Positions 20,253 to 31,217 of a stretch of DNA of 64,000 nucleotides are shown one piece after another; the stretch's first letter is position 1; every line of letters starts with the position of its first letter. Origin of the DNA: Corallochytrium limacisporum Hawaii (lineage: Eukaryota > Protista > Pluriformea); the NCBI GenBank assembly GCA_002811645.1, contig PDIP01000067.1, forward strand, positions 54,550-118,549, read 5' to 3'. A program made the translations under genes and the position numbers. The notes beneath the pieces were generated by a model. That model was not told where the DNA came from, made no database searches, and worked only from the letters and a program-made list of their open reading frames with translations.

Positions 20253-23200
20253 TCACTGGCCTGCTTGACCCTGCTTGATCTTGTTCAGACGGTCGCGGAG
20301 GGCAGCGACTTGATCCTTGACATCGACTTTACCAGGGGTAGCAGTCGGTGCAGCTGGAGGGGGCACACCAGTTTCGGAAGCAGCAGCAGGCAAGGGCTCA
20401 ATGACTCCTGTGTTGTTCTGGCTCTGACTGCGCATAGTCTGCATCTTGGACTGTAGCGCTTTCAGTTTCTCGCGGTAACTCTCTCCTTGCTCTTGTTGTT
20501 GGCCTGGGTGGGGAGAGGCAGCGGTCAAAGAGACCGCACCAGTGCCAGAGTTGGTGGGGCTGATCTGAGGGTTCGCTGCAGTGTACGTCAGATGCCTCGC
20601 AACACTTGGGGTGGAGTTGGCATCGGGTGCGCCCGCACCGGGGGCGACAGAACCGGAAGCCATGGGTGTGCCCGGAGCAGCTTGTCCCGCGGCGGTACCG
20701 GACACAGAGCGCCGTTCTGCTTCGTTTCGCAGACCACGCTGAATGTAGTTCTTGAAGACTTCGCTAGCGTTCACGAGGAAGGGCTCCAGGTCTTCGTTTG
20801 GATACTGCTGCGTGAAATCATACAGTTCAGCGAGACCTTCCTGAGACCGTTCACGGGTACCAATCTTGGTGAAGATCTGGCTGAGCAGTTTGTTGGGGGA
20901 ACGCTGCGATCGAGTGTCGGCGATGCGGCTTTGAGCCGTCTTTGAACGCGGAGTGTGACTGCGGCGCGGACTCTCGGAGCGTTCGCGACCCCCGCTGGCA
21001 GCGGTAGTCGCGGAGTGTCCAACGGCACCTACGCCAATCGCATCAGCGGGCAAGGCAGCGCCAGTGTCAGCCATAACTGACCGCAGGCTAGCATTGAGAT
21101 ACGCAACGATGCGAGAGCCTTCGCGCTTCTCCACAGGGATCAGGCTTAGGTGGTCGAGGCAGCTGGAGCCTAGCACACGGGCAATTTCGTAGATGATTGT
21201 CTTTACGGTGCGAAGGGGACGGTCATCGGCTTGTTCCTTCCACATGGAGGGAGGGTATGTCTCCAGGAATCGATGGAGATCGTAGAAAATCTCTGAAACA
21301 CGCAGCTTGGAAATGGTCGTGGGAAGGGCCTTGGTCTGCTTCCAGATGCACTTTTGTACCAGTTCGGTGTACTTTGACACAGAAGAGGTGGTGCGGCTGT
21401 CCGGCGACTCCAGGTCTTTGCCGCACGCCGTGTAAAGCAGAGAAAGTAGTGCACGGAAGGAATTATTGCGATTGCAGTTGTCCAGGATCCGCATTGTTAG
21501 AGTGTTGATTGCACGGACCATATTGGGGCCATCGTCAGCGCTCTTGAGTTTTTCGTCCAGGAGCAAGTGCAAGAGAGTGTGTAACAGGCTCTCAAGACAG
21601 TCCATACTCAGGGCACGCGCCAGTAGCGAGTTAGTGGCAATCAACATAACCAGATTCAGCAGATGTTTTGCTAACTTGATGACAAGGTTCGACTGCAGGT
21701 TCTCGTTGCCAAGCATGTCCTCAAAGCAAGTCTTAAGCTGCAGAGTCGCGGTAGTCACGATCTTTTCCACGCGGGCGTGCACGGCAACAGTCTCCTGCTG
21801 TAGCACCACCATCTGGCCGGACGGGTTGGGGTCGTGCATGTCAACGCTCTCGAGCAGACTAAGACGGTCTTCAAAATACTTCAGAGCACGCACTGATGTA
21901 CCAATATCAGCATTGCCAATTTGAGCAATGATCACGTCCAAGCGCTGGGCGTCAGCTTCGTCAAAGCCGGTCACATCGCCAGTGGAGCCCAAGGATGAGG
22001 CAGCCGCAGCGGAGGTAGTGCCAACCGCCGCTCCTGCAGTAACCCCACCAACTGCGGCCATACCTTGCGAACTGAGACTTGGCATCTGTAGAGCATCGAG
22101 TTCGAGGTCAAATTCTTTGCGGCTGCTCGCGCGGCGCAGGGCTGCGTCGGCGCGAGAGGACGGGCTGCCGCGCCCGAGGTCGCCCATGGACCTGGCCTTG
22201 ATCGCGGCCACTGCAGCAGGTTCGGCCTGCACTTGGTGCGCCTGGGGATCACTAGCACTACGCTTAATGCGCTCCTCGAGTAGACCCCGGTCCTTCGTAT
22301 TCAAGTCGTTTAGGTGCTTCCAGACGACCTCTCCAAGGACAGTGTAGAGCTGTACACAGCAATTCAGAGCGGCGTTGCGCACACCAATATCACGGTCGCC
22401 GATAAAGGATCCACACAGCTTGGCCGTGCGCCCTGGAGACGGTTGGCAGACATCCAGGCCTTGGCGCTGCATCATAGCCTGCATCTCTTCCAAGCACTCG
22501 GATCGGACGCGGGCGTTTTTGTGGTCAAGGCCGGTAGAAGCTAGAGTGGCAAAGATCTTTGAGGCCGGGTACATGCCACAGAGCAAGCGGAAGTAGCTAC
22601 GAACATCCTTGCGGACATTCTCCTGCTTGTCACCGACCTTGTTGATAAGCGACGGAAGCAACCATTGTGCCTCGCCCTCAGCAAGACGGTAGCCATTGGC
22701 GCTCAAGGCAGGAATATAGGCATTGAGCAGCTCGACAACCTTGAACAGAATCTGATTGTTGTTGTCCAGGAAGCGCAATACAGCGTACTTGAAGATGACA
22801 TCGGCACAGTCCATCATGGCCTGTGCGCCATTGTCACGGTCATCCATGTTCTCCAGGGTGAAATTGACCAAGGCACTAAGACCTGCAATCTGTTGCTTAA
22901 AATTGGTGGCATTGAACAGCTGTTGGTTGACCAAATCATGATTCATGACATCCTTGGATAGGGCCTGGTCGCGGACGTGGTCTTCCAGATCGTCACGCGG
23001 CAGATCATGGATAAGTTTAAGGAAGCGTCGGTCTTTCTCTAAGCGACGATCCTTGCCGTGGTTCTTCATAAGCAGAGGACGAATGTCCTGCTCGGAATTG
23101 TTGCCCTGGTCATCAGCGCTGGTGTCCTTGGTACCAGCAGGAGACTCACGGTTGGAGCCCTTGCGGTTGACGCGGGCGCCTGCAGCAGCGGCCGTGGCTC

Positions 23201-26200
23201 CTCCCTTGGCTCCTCCCGTAGTGCGGTCATTGGTCGGAGAGGACTTGGAGCCGCTGTCGACGGCAGCACTGGCAGGACGGTACTTGTCGAGAGTGGTAAT
23301 CAGAGACTTCTTTGCCGCAGGCTTGAAGTCATCTGCCGCACGGATGACCATTTGGTAGTCGACAGAAGCCAGAACGGCCGGAATTAGGCCTTGGGTCTTT
23401 TTGCGCACTTCCACACTACGGTCCTCCAAACAGCTCAACATGGGCTTTACTAGAGGGCCATAGTCCACAGTCTCGGTCTCACCCTTGGCAGTAAGCCAGT
23501 CAAGGATCATGCTGCGCTGGTGCGGGTTGTCGACAGCTAAAGCTGTGGCAAAGCCACCGTGGCTGATCAGGTGGTTGAGGGGCACGACTTCACTCCATTT
23601 TTCGACGGTGTTGATTGCGGCATTCCGGACCAAGGTCTTGTTGTCACTCAAACAGGACAAGACGTCAGCAAATTCCAGGGTTTTGATGTGCTTCTCAATC
23701 GGCTTGCCCATGGCAGTTGCCAGCATACCGTAAATGTTGAGAGTGGCAATGCACAGATTCTTGTTGGAATCCTGCAGACGGCCTTTCAAAGGAACAGTTA
23801 GGTCCTGTAGGTTCGAGGTGATCCGCTGTGCAGTCTGAATGGCTTTAGTAACCTGTTCTAGGGCTTCGTTGCGCACCTTCCAGTTTGAATCACTGATTTC
23901 CCGGATCACTTGGGTTCCTAACAGTTTTGGAAGGTCCTTCTTCTCGACCAAATCATCCAGGGATGCAGGCGCAGCCGCAACGGGAGCAGCGCCCTTCTTG
24001 GTGCCCTTGCCACCTTTGGCCCCACTGGCGGAAGCCATTGTCACACGCTCGGTGCGGGAGGTCTCCGGCTTTGGCAAGTCCTTCACTCGTTCAAATTCCG
24101 CGTCGATAAGTTGCAGTAAAGCGGGCTTTTCGTCAACCAGAAACTGACGAACCATCGGTCCCAAGAACATGCGCAGTACACCGGCAACATTGATAGCGGC
24201 CAGACGGACTTTCTCGTTGGTAGATTTAAGAGCATTGCGCAACGCCGCCAGCACAGCCTTGGGTTCGACACGGCACCCAAAGTCGGCCAGAGCCTGGCTC
24301 ACAAAAGTCAGACACTGTTCCGGAATCTTTGGATTTTTGGCCGCTTCGCTGCGTTGGAGGACCTGCAGAACGGTGAAGTTGAGGGATACGCGTTCCGCCA
24401 GGTTCTTTAAGCAGGTGGTGGCGCGCTCACGTTGCTTAATGTCCGCGAGCTTGTCAGCCAAGAGTGGGATGATCATCAGCCCGGTACGCATGCTGAAGGT
24501 GTAAGCCCCGTCAGCCATGGCAGAGACGAGTTCAATTTGCTTACCCAGTACCTGGAAGTTGGCCTCTTTCTCCATTCCGCAGGTGTTAACCAGGAACGAA
24601 ACCACGGCCTGGGCCTGTTCGTTCTGCATGGCATTGGCAGCCGGCTCAGCACCGTCAGCCACACGCTCCAGGGTATAATTAGCCTTCACCGCATTCTCTA
24701 GCCATTCCATCGCTGCAAGACGCTCCTTCCAGGCCTTAGATTTAAATTCGCCGTCAATCTTTTCCTGGCTAATCTTCAGACTTTCTTCGATTACCTGGTC
24801 CAGCACGGACTGGGGCAGTGGGCTGTCCACTGCGTCCGCCACACGGCTAGCAGCAGCGGCCACGGACGCTCCACCTAGGGAAGCGGCTTCCTGTGCAGGG
24901 CCGGCAGAGGCCGCTTTGGCCTCTGCCACAGCAGTGCCCGGTCGTTTGGAGCCGCCGGCACTGCCCGGTTTCGCTGCGGCGGGGCGGGGACGGCCTTTGG
25001 CACCCGCAGCACCCTTTTTGGGCGGTTTGCTGCTCATTTCGTTCATAGAGTAGTGGCCTTTGGCCTCCTTATGCCCCGGGGATGGATAGTGAATGTGGCC
25101 AGCGGTGACATTGAGGGAGGCCAGGCTGCTATGTTTGTCCTTGTACTCTGCAATTTTCTTCTTCTTCTTGTCATCCAAATCGCTGATGAGCGGATCCACC
25201 ACAGACTGCCCGCAGCGTTGCATAAGCACGCCGATGCCCTCGTAGCCAACCTCGCGTGTGGCAGGCATCGGGTCGTCAACAGCCTTACGTAAGCAGCTGA
25301 CGAGGTCCTTTGCCAATTCCTTTGGAACGGACTTGGTGACTTTAGAACTGAGGCAGCGAGTCACGTACAGAGTCGATTCGCGCTTCACATCCGGATTCTT
25401 GTGACCCAAGAAGCTGGTTAATGTATCTGCCATTTGCTTGAGATCGGTACCCGTGTACTGGTAAATTGCATCCAGAGCATCCCGGATGGCAGTGACAACA
25501 ACTGTCTTCTTCTCCTTAAACTTAGCCATCAGAGCATCCAGGAAATGAGAAACAAATGGATGAAACTCGCGGCGCAAACCCTTGCTGAGGCGTGCAATTG
25601 TGCGAGCGGCAGCGGCCACAATGAGCACATTAGAGTCTCCCAGAGAGTCCTTTAGAATACCCAGTAACTCATGCATATCTCCACCACCGATTTCGAGTTT
25701 GGGGTAGTCACAGGCGTTGCTGAATTCCTCGAGAGCATCGCGGCGGATGCTCCACTTCTTTTCCTTCATGGCCTCGAAGAATTCCTTTGTCAATAGCGTC
25801 TTAAGACTCTTGGGCTCGGCGAGGTCAGATATATCATCCTCTTCTTCATCCTGTGCCCCGGCTCCTGGAGTTGACTTGCTCGGAGTTCTCATGGTCGCAT
25901 CGGACCCACCCGTCGCAGGGTCGGCTCCCTCCTCCACCGCGGCAGCTGCTGCTGCCTGTGCCTCTGCAGCTGCGCGCTTGGCCTCGGCTGCGGCCTTCTT
26001 ACGTTCAGCAGCCAGAGTAAGGCGCTCGGGCTTCTTCTTTCCGGCCTCGTCCTTCTGACTGGCCATGGCCTTCTCCAACTCCTTGACTTGTACCTCCTTC
26101 AGTTTCTCACTGACGAGTTGTAGCACCTGGTCTCCCATGTAGAGGTGCATAGCCAACAGCAGGCTGTTACCCTCGGCGCGCACCTTGCCATCTTTGTGAT

Positions 26201-26729
26201 CCAGAATAGTAGGCACAGCAGCTACCAATTGTTTCACATCCCCGGTTTGCTTCGGGCCAAACACTTGAACAATCTCCTTGAGGGCAGAAGCAGAGCCAAG
26301 CACCACCTTTGGCTGCTTTGCTTTAAGTCCCTCGTCGCACAGTACCTGCAGAACCTCCTTACCTGCGTCGACGGCGACCAGTTCTTTGCACAGACTATTA
26401 CATTTCGCTTTCACGCTGGGCTTCATTGATCCAAAGCCCTTCGCAACAATGCCACTAGTGATCTCATCGGCATGTCGAGCTGTTGCTTTCGGGTCTGCCT
26501 GAATGAAAGCTTCGACGGCACCAAAGCCGGCCTCCTGTGCCACGGCATTAATGTCGGCGACAAACTTTCCAAGTTTTGGCGAGTATTGATGAAGAGCATC
26601 TGCATCCCTAGCTGTGAAGAGTTTTGTCAATTCATGGTATCCACTCTGACGGGCCTTCCAGTTCTTGTGACATAGCCGGTCGTCGACGGGAAGCTTGTCA
26701 AAATCATCTTCCTGCGGTGCGTCACCCAT
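20253..26729 (-). CDS. CKAP5: XMAP215/ch-TOG microtubule polymerase
   Basis: 2158 aa single ORF; TOG signatures HKNWKAR, EKKWSIRR, SKAWKERL, DSNWKVR and a degenerate fifth (NFKQQIAGL); conserved C-terminal LVQKCIWK and PLRTVKT. Confidence 0.95.
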   Translation of the reverse strand: MGDAPQEDDFDKLPVDDRLCHKNWKARQSGYHELTKLFTARDADALHQYSPKLGKFVADINAVAQEAGFGAVEAFIQADPKATARHADEITSGIVAKGFGSMKPSVKAKCNSLCKELVAVDAGKEVLQVLCDEGLKAKQPKVVLGSASALKEIVQVFGPKQTGDVKQLVAAVPTILDHKDGKVRAEGNSLLLAMHLYMGDQVLQLVSEKLKEVQVKELEKAMASQKDEAGKKKPERLTLAAERKKAAAEAKRAAAEAQAAAAAAVEEGADPATGGSDATMRTPSKSTPGAGAQDEEEDDISDLAEPKSLKTLLTKEFFEAMKEKKWSIRRDALEEFSNACDYPKLEIGGGDMHELLGILKDSLGDSNVLIVAAAARTIARLSKGLRREFHPFVSHFLDALMAKFKEKKTVVVTAIRDALDAIYQYTGTDLKQMADTLTSFLGHKNPDVKRESTLYVTRCLSSKVTKSVPKELAKDLVSCLRKAVDDPMPATREVGYEGIGVLMQRCGQSVVDPLISDLDDKKKKKIAEYKDKHSSLASLNVTAGHIHYPSPGHKEAKGHYSMNEMSSKPPKKGAAGAKGRPRPAAAKPGSAGGSKRPGTAVAEAKAASAGPAQEAASLGGASVAAAASRVADAVDSPLPQSVLDQVIEESLKISQEKIDGEFKSKAWKERLAAMEWLENAVKANYTLERVADGAEPAANAMQNEQAQAVVSFLVNTCGMEKEANFQVLGKQIELVSAMADGAYTFSMRTGLMIIPLLADKLADIKQRERATTCLKNLAERVSLNFTVLQVLQRSEAAKNPKIPEQCLTFVSQALADFGCRVEPKAVLAALRNALKSTNEKVRLAAINVAGVLRMFLGPMVRQFLVDEKPALLQLIDAEFERVKDLPKPETSRTERVTMASASGAKGGKGTKKGAAPVAAAPASLDDLVEKKDLPKLLGTQVIREISDSNWKVRNEALEQVTKAIQTAQRITSNLQDLTVPLKGRLQDSNKNLCIATLNIYGMLATAMGKPIEKHIKTLEFADVLSCLSDNKTLVRNAAINTVEKWSEVVPLNHLISHGGFATALAVDNPHQRSMILDWLTAKGETETVDYGPLVKPMLSCLEDRSVEVRKKTQGLIPAVLASVDYQMVIRAADDFKPAAKKSLITTLDKYRPASAAVDSGSKSSPTNDRTTGGAKGGATAAAAGARVNRKGSNRESPAGTKDTSADDQGNNSEQDIRPLLMKNHGKDRRLEKDRRFLKLIHDLPRDDLEDHVRDQALSKDVMNHDLVNQQLFNATNFKQQIAGLSALVNFTLENMDDRDNGAQAMMDCADVIFKYAVLRFLDNNNQILFKVVELLNAYIPALSANGYRLAEGEAQWLLPSLINKVGDKQENVRKDVRSYFRLLCGMYPASKIFATLASTGLDHKNARVRSECLEEMQAMMQRQGLDVCQPSPGRTAKLCGSFIGDRDIGVRNAALNCCVQLYTVLGEVVWKHLNDLNTKDRGLLEERIKRSASDPQAHQVQAEPAAVAAIKARSMGDLGRGSPSSRADAALRRASSRKEFDLELDALQMPSLSSQGMAAVGGVTAGAAVGTTSAAAASSLGSTGDVTGFDEADAQRLDVIIAQIGNADIGTSVRALKYFEDRLSLLESVDMHDPNPSGQMVVLQQETVAVHARVEKIVTTATLQLKTCFEDMLGNENLQSNLVIKLAKHLLNLVMLIATNSLLARALSMDCLESLLHTLLHLLLDEKLKSADDGPNMVRAINTLTMRILDNCNRNNSFRALLSLLYTACGKDLESPDSRTTSSVSKYTELVQKCIWKQTKALPTTISKLRVSEIFYDLHRFLETYPPSMWKEQADDRPLRTVKTIIYEIARVLGSSCLDHLSLIPVEKREGSRIVAYLNASLRSVMADTGAALPADAIGVGAVGHSATTAASGGRERSESPRRSHTPRSKTAQSRIADTRSQRSPNKLLSQIFTKIGTRERSQEGLAELYDFTQQYPNEDLEPFLVNASEVFKNYIQRGLRNEAERRSVSGTAAGQAAPGTPMASGSVAPGAGAPDANSTPSVARHLTYTAANPQISPTNSGTGAVSLTAASPHPGQQQEQGESYREKLKALQSKMQTMRSQSQNNTGVIEPLPAAASETGVPPPAAPTATPGKVDVKDQVAALRDRLNKIKQGQAGQ

Positions 26730-27940
26730 GCTGAAATATCTGTTCCAAAAGAATGTGATATGCTATGAAGTATGAATGTAAGCGAAACAGGAAAGCAGTT
26801 TCAATGTGTACAAAACAGTTTGCTTTTCCTTTTCAGACCATGACCTGATCCCTACATATGGTCGTGGTCAACCTGCCTATGTCCTTCAGTCCAATAGCTG
26901 AAGTACGGATGGGCTAAGACTTTACTGTGATAACAAGAGGCTTTGTGCTCACTTGCAATGCTAGTGTTCGATCTGAAATACGAGCCCTTAGCAATTTTCT
27001 CTGGCGAATTGGAGCAGATGCTTCGATAGAAGGACTGAACGTAACGGAACCGTGGAGAAACCAAGAGACAAAGGCTCTACACATGCCCACAAGCCACTGC
27101 ATAGCCACCCATAGGTCGTCGTTGCTTGTCAGCTCCCAAGAATCGCGCCCTTCGGTCACGAATGGATCCAGCCAGAGGTTGTGATCCCGCCAAAACTTTC
27201 CACTCTGCAGTCCCTATAGTCTGCCGTAGTAGTCCGCGGAGGTCGTGGGGGGGGGGGTGCTGGAGTGGGGCGGCGCCCTTAAGCCCCCACCCACCCCGCA
27301 GCGCGCACTCGGCAGGTCTCAAAAGGCGGAGGCAATAGCAAACGCACCTGCACCGCCGTGCATTCGGACGCGAGTCCATTTTTTCCTTCCCGTTTTTCTG
27401 GCTTTCCGCCCAAAGAAAAGGCTTTTAGAAATTTTGGCGCGGATTTTTCTCCGTGGTACCCCCCTATAAAGCACGGAAGTTGGGCGGCGGTGGATTCGGG
27501 AGGGCCCGAAAAGGAGAGGGAAATGCTGGTCGCGAAGGGTTCCCCCGCTGCGGGTGGCCGAGGGCCAACATATTTCAAAAGGCCAAGATATCCCTTCCCC
27601 TCCGGGGACGGGGGGAACCACTCTCTCTGTTTTTGTCGCCGGTGTTTAAAATTGGACTCCCGGTAAGCGGCCTGGCAACGCGAGTAGAAAGTGCGAAGGG
27701 TAGGGGACCAGGTTTCAGCACTCTTTGGGTGAGCTGGGTACCCTGGGTAGAACTCTCAAAGCTCATGGGTACGCCACGTAGCTGACTACAGGGGACGCCA
27801 CTGCTGTACAATGATACCGGCGATGGGCCTGTGTGTCAAGCAAGGAGCTGTGAGAGAAATTTCAAAGAAAACAAAGGTAAACTGAAGTCAAATGCTATGG
27901 GAGTGTTACACTAGTTTATTTCATTCACAGGCCGGAGTCT

Positions 27941-28489
27941 TCACTGTTTCCGGCTGTTGATGGCGTTCGCCAGCCATTCCATGGCCTCGTTCAGACCTTG
28001 GCCTTTGATGGCAGAGGTCTTGAAGATCTGCCAGGTACGGTTCTTGAGCAGACTGAGTCCAAGGGCCTCGCTTACCTCCGCTGGGGTCATAGCACCCTCC
28101 ATATCCTGCTTGTTGGCCAGGACAAGTAGAAGTGCATCTTTAAGCTCGTCCTCCTGAAGCATTTGAAACAACTCTGTTTTTGAAATTCCGACACGGTCGC
28201 GGTCTTGGGAATCTACGACGTAAATTATTGCATCAGTATTCGCATAGTAGCACCGCCAGTACGGCCGAATGCTTGTCTGACCACCCAGATCCCATACCTG
28301 GAACTTCAGGTTGTTGAATGTGACAGTCTCCACGTTGAATCCGATGGTTGGAATTGTTGTCACTACTTCACCAACCTGCAGTCTGTAGAGAATTGTAGTT
28401 TTACCCGCATTGTCAAGCCCCAGCATCAACACCCTGAGCTCCTTGTTCCCGAACATGCGGGAGAACATTTGTGAAAAGAAGTTTCCCAT
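27941..28489 (-). CDS. ARL1: ARF-like GTPase 1
   Basis: MGNFFS myristoylation start; [52 protein letters not shown]. Confidence 0.96.
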   Translation of the reverse strand: MGNFFSQMFSRMFGNKELRVLMLGLDNAGKTTILYRLQVGEVVTTIPTIGFNVETVTFNNLKFQVWDLGGQTSIRPYWRCYYANTDAIIYVVDSQDRDRVGISKTELFQMLQEDELKDALLLVLANKQDMEGAMTPAEVSEALGLSLLKNRTWQIFKTSAIKGQGLNEAMEWLANAINSRKQ

Positions 28490-29143
28490 GTTCGATCCGC
28501 GCTTCTGCAATTTCCGGCTTCCTTAGCCTCGTATGCTATCTATTTCCAGCGTTGGCCCCTGTCGTTTACGAGAAGTCTGCTCCGATATATTTCTTGAGAT
28601 GTATTTCTATGGTCGCCAACATTCGTGTATGGAAACGCCAAAGTACTTTGGCTTCAAATGTTTACGCTATGCACTGCTTTATACCTCTAACTCAAAATCT
28701 GTTTCATGAGTGTCGTTCGAGGCTGTAATTCCGAGCACGGGGTTCGCCAAACACGACTGCGCAAGACGAGTTCCTAGGCCACGTCAGCCAACCTTCCCGT
28801 GCCGCCACCGCTTCAGGAGGGTGTTATTGTTGGCACCGGTTTGTCCCCCCTCCCAACATCAGAAGAGCAATAACAATACCCTCACTAATCTTCGGCAGTC
28901 ACCGCAGTATACGTGCTTTGCTCGCTTCGTCACCCACCCACTGCGGGAGCTCAGATTTCTCTCCTCACCGTTCCCTATAGTGAATACACCCCATTTTATC
29001 CCGCCTGACTAGTTTTTATTGTTTTGGCACCGCGCGCTTCTAGGGCCCGCCAGGTCTCTCAGGCTCCGCAAGCTGTTCCGTTGCAACCTAACCTGAGAAT
29101 CAAATTACAATCACGGCCAAAAATATACCAAATCAATTAGTCC

Positions 29144-29387
29144 GGAATGCTTCCTGTTCCCTTGATTTTGGGGCCGGCAAAAAGCAACCCTAACCCACTC
29201 CTGCCCGGTTAGGCAATTCTTTAGGTACTTGAATATAGCGGAGCGCGCGTAGCGAGTCCGCCCACTCGGACCGACTCTGCAGAGTGCAAGCGAGCCAATC
29301 AAAGGCTAAATCAATATTGAAATGTATGGTCAAGTGGACCAAAGTGGAATTGCTTCCGTTCCCTTGATTCTTAGGCACCCTAACCCC
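29144..29387 (+). repeat. Imperfect direct repeat (about 200-bp spacing), each copy ending in telomere-like CCCTAACCC
   Basis: GGAATGCTTCCTGTTCCCTTGATT...AACCCTAACCC (29144-29196) versus GGAATTGCTTCCGTTCCCTTGATT...ACCCTAACCCC (29346-29387). Confidence 0.7.
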
Positions 29388-31158
29388 AAGTTGGCAGCGG
29401 AGGGTTCTGTATACTGAATGTACGGAAGTCCCAAAGCTGGGTTATCGGATTCCTATCTCTCAAGGGAGTCTGATTTCTTTTTTGAATATACTGACCAGGC
29501 TCTACAGTGGATATGCGAGACGTATATCCATTGGTAGCGACCAAGGCGCGCGGTGGTATAGTACTGAGAGTACTAGACTTCCGGACAGACTCGGGGCCCG
29601 GGAGGGGGTCCGTAGAGACGCGGGACGAACGGACCCAACAATACACTTGGGCCCCTGCGGAACTCTCGTCTGGGAGAGGTGTCATGTATCCTGATCTCTG
29701 TGGCTTATGCATAGGCATGTTGATGCATGCTTACAGTATGCTGCACTCATCTTCCTCATCACACAAGTTTCAAGGGGCCTGCTGTGAACAAAGATCAGTC
29801 GTGTAAGTTCCCTCCTTTGGTGATCCAAAATGAGGCGCGCCAGGGGTGCTCCTTCTGCCAAGGCTCCCGTCCCGTGCGTTCGGCAGTGGACTGTGGCATT
29901 GGCACGGTTAGGTTTTTGCTCTGCCAGTATGGCTCCGTGATCCTTGCTCTCTTGACAGACGCCAACTGTCCTTTCTATGGGTTCTGTAGCGCCGGTGATC
30001 ATCTGCTGTCGTTGCGCCGAGAGATCTTTAGAGAGCCATCGCTCGTCATTTGCACCGTGTCCCTTGATTCTACTGGCCCATACACCAACCCAATCGCTGG
30101 AACGCAACATGACGCACTTCCTTGTGTCCTCTTCCCTGTCTTGGAACCACGGCACTAAACGTAGTGCCCTTATCCAGCTATGGGCATGTTAGATGCTCGC
30201 CAACGACACTTTCGATATCTAACCCTGGTCTCCCAGATTCTTTATTGTTTCAGTAAGCTCTCCCCTCCCTCCCGTTACCCAGGCGTGCCATAGAAAACAC
30301 GTGGGCAAGGAGGGAGGGGTGACACGGAAGGCGCCGGTGATTTTTGTCCATTCAATTATCGAGCACGCTTGTGAAGTGTATTCGGGGCAGCAACCTGGAG
30401 ACGAGGGCACGGCATTTGAAGAAGAGCCGAAGAGAACAACGGAGATTCTCGTGTCCGGTACTAATGCACCGACATGGCGAGCAAAACTGACCTTCATCTG
30501 AACTCATCGTCATCAAACGCGCCACTTCCCACTTCAGTGTGATGTAACACCATGGCCCGTTTAGAGTCGAACGAAAGGAAGCAATGAACAAGCAAACCGC
30601 TCTCAAGCAAATGTAACATCACCACAACCCAGGTGGAGTGTGATTCATGGTGCTTCTTGTCGAATAGATGACCAACCATCACATGCAGTGATGCTGACTT
30701 CTTCTGGTTCCTGGTCCTTAGGGCTTCACTTGAGGAAAGAGAAACTCCATTTCCTATGAATCTTCTTGGCCTCAATCGCATTCGAATGTGAAACAGCGAG
30801 AACATTGGTGGGCGGAGGACTTTGGGGTTTTCCGGTCCTTTCCAAGAGAGACGAGCACGAAGGCAAACGATCAAAAGCAAGAACAGACCAAACCAAGAAA
30901 ACAACAAGCTTAGATTAAGGTCTGATTAAGCAAGCAACAAGACGCAACGCGATCTTGAACCCGCCGATCCCGACAGCACCTCAATTACACAATTCCAGCA
31001 AGCACACGAACCGAATGAAATCAAAGCCGGGAAGCGGGATGAAGTGGAACTCACACACACACACACACACGGCCCACCCCAGCTGCCTCCAAACCTGCGC
31101 CGAACTTGGAACGTGGTGGTGGTGTAGTGTGATCAAACGAAGCACAGAGAGCGAAGTT

Positions 31159-31217
31159 TAAAAAAAAAAAAAGGAACTCCGCTCTCTCTCTCTCTCTCTC
31201 TCTCGCTCTCTCTCTCT
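31159..31217. repeat. Poly-A tract followed by a (CT)n microsatellite
   Basis: Seen directly in the sequence. Confidence 0.9.

Noticed and set aside
29682-30155. GH...CQESK and PMP...PW resembling a gypsy integrase zinc finger
   Set aside because: Ligands incomplete, needs frameshifts, and no DDE core, RT or LTRs visible.
30301-30501. C2-domain-like fragment (KRTTEILVSGTNAPTW)
   Set aside because: Too short, no ATG, and the similarity could be chance.
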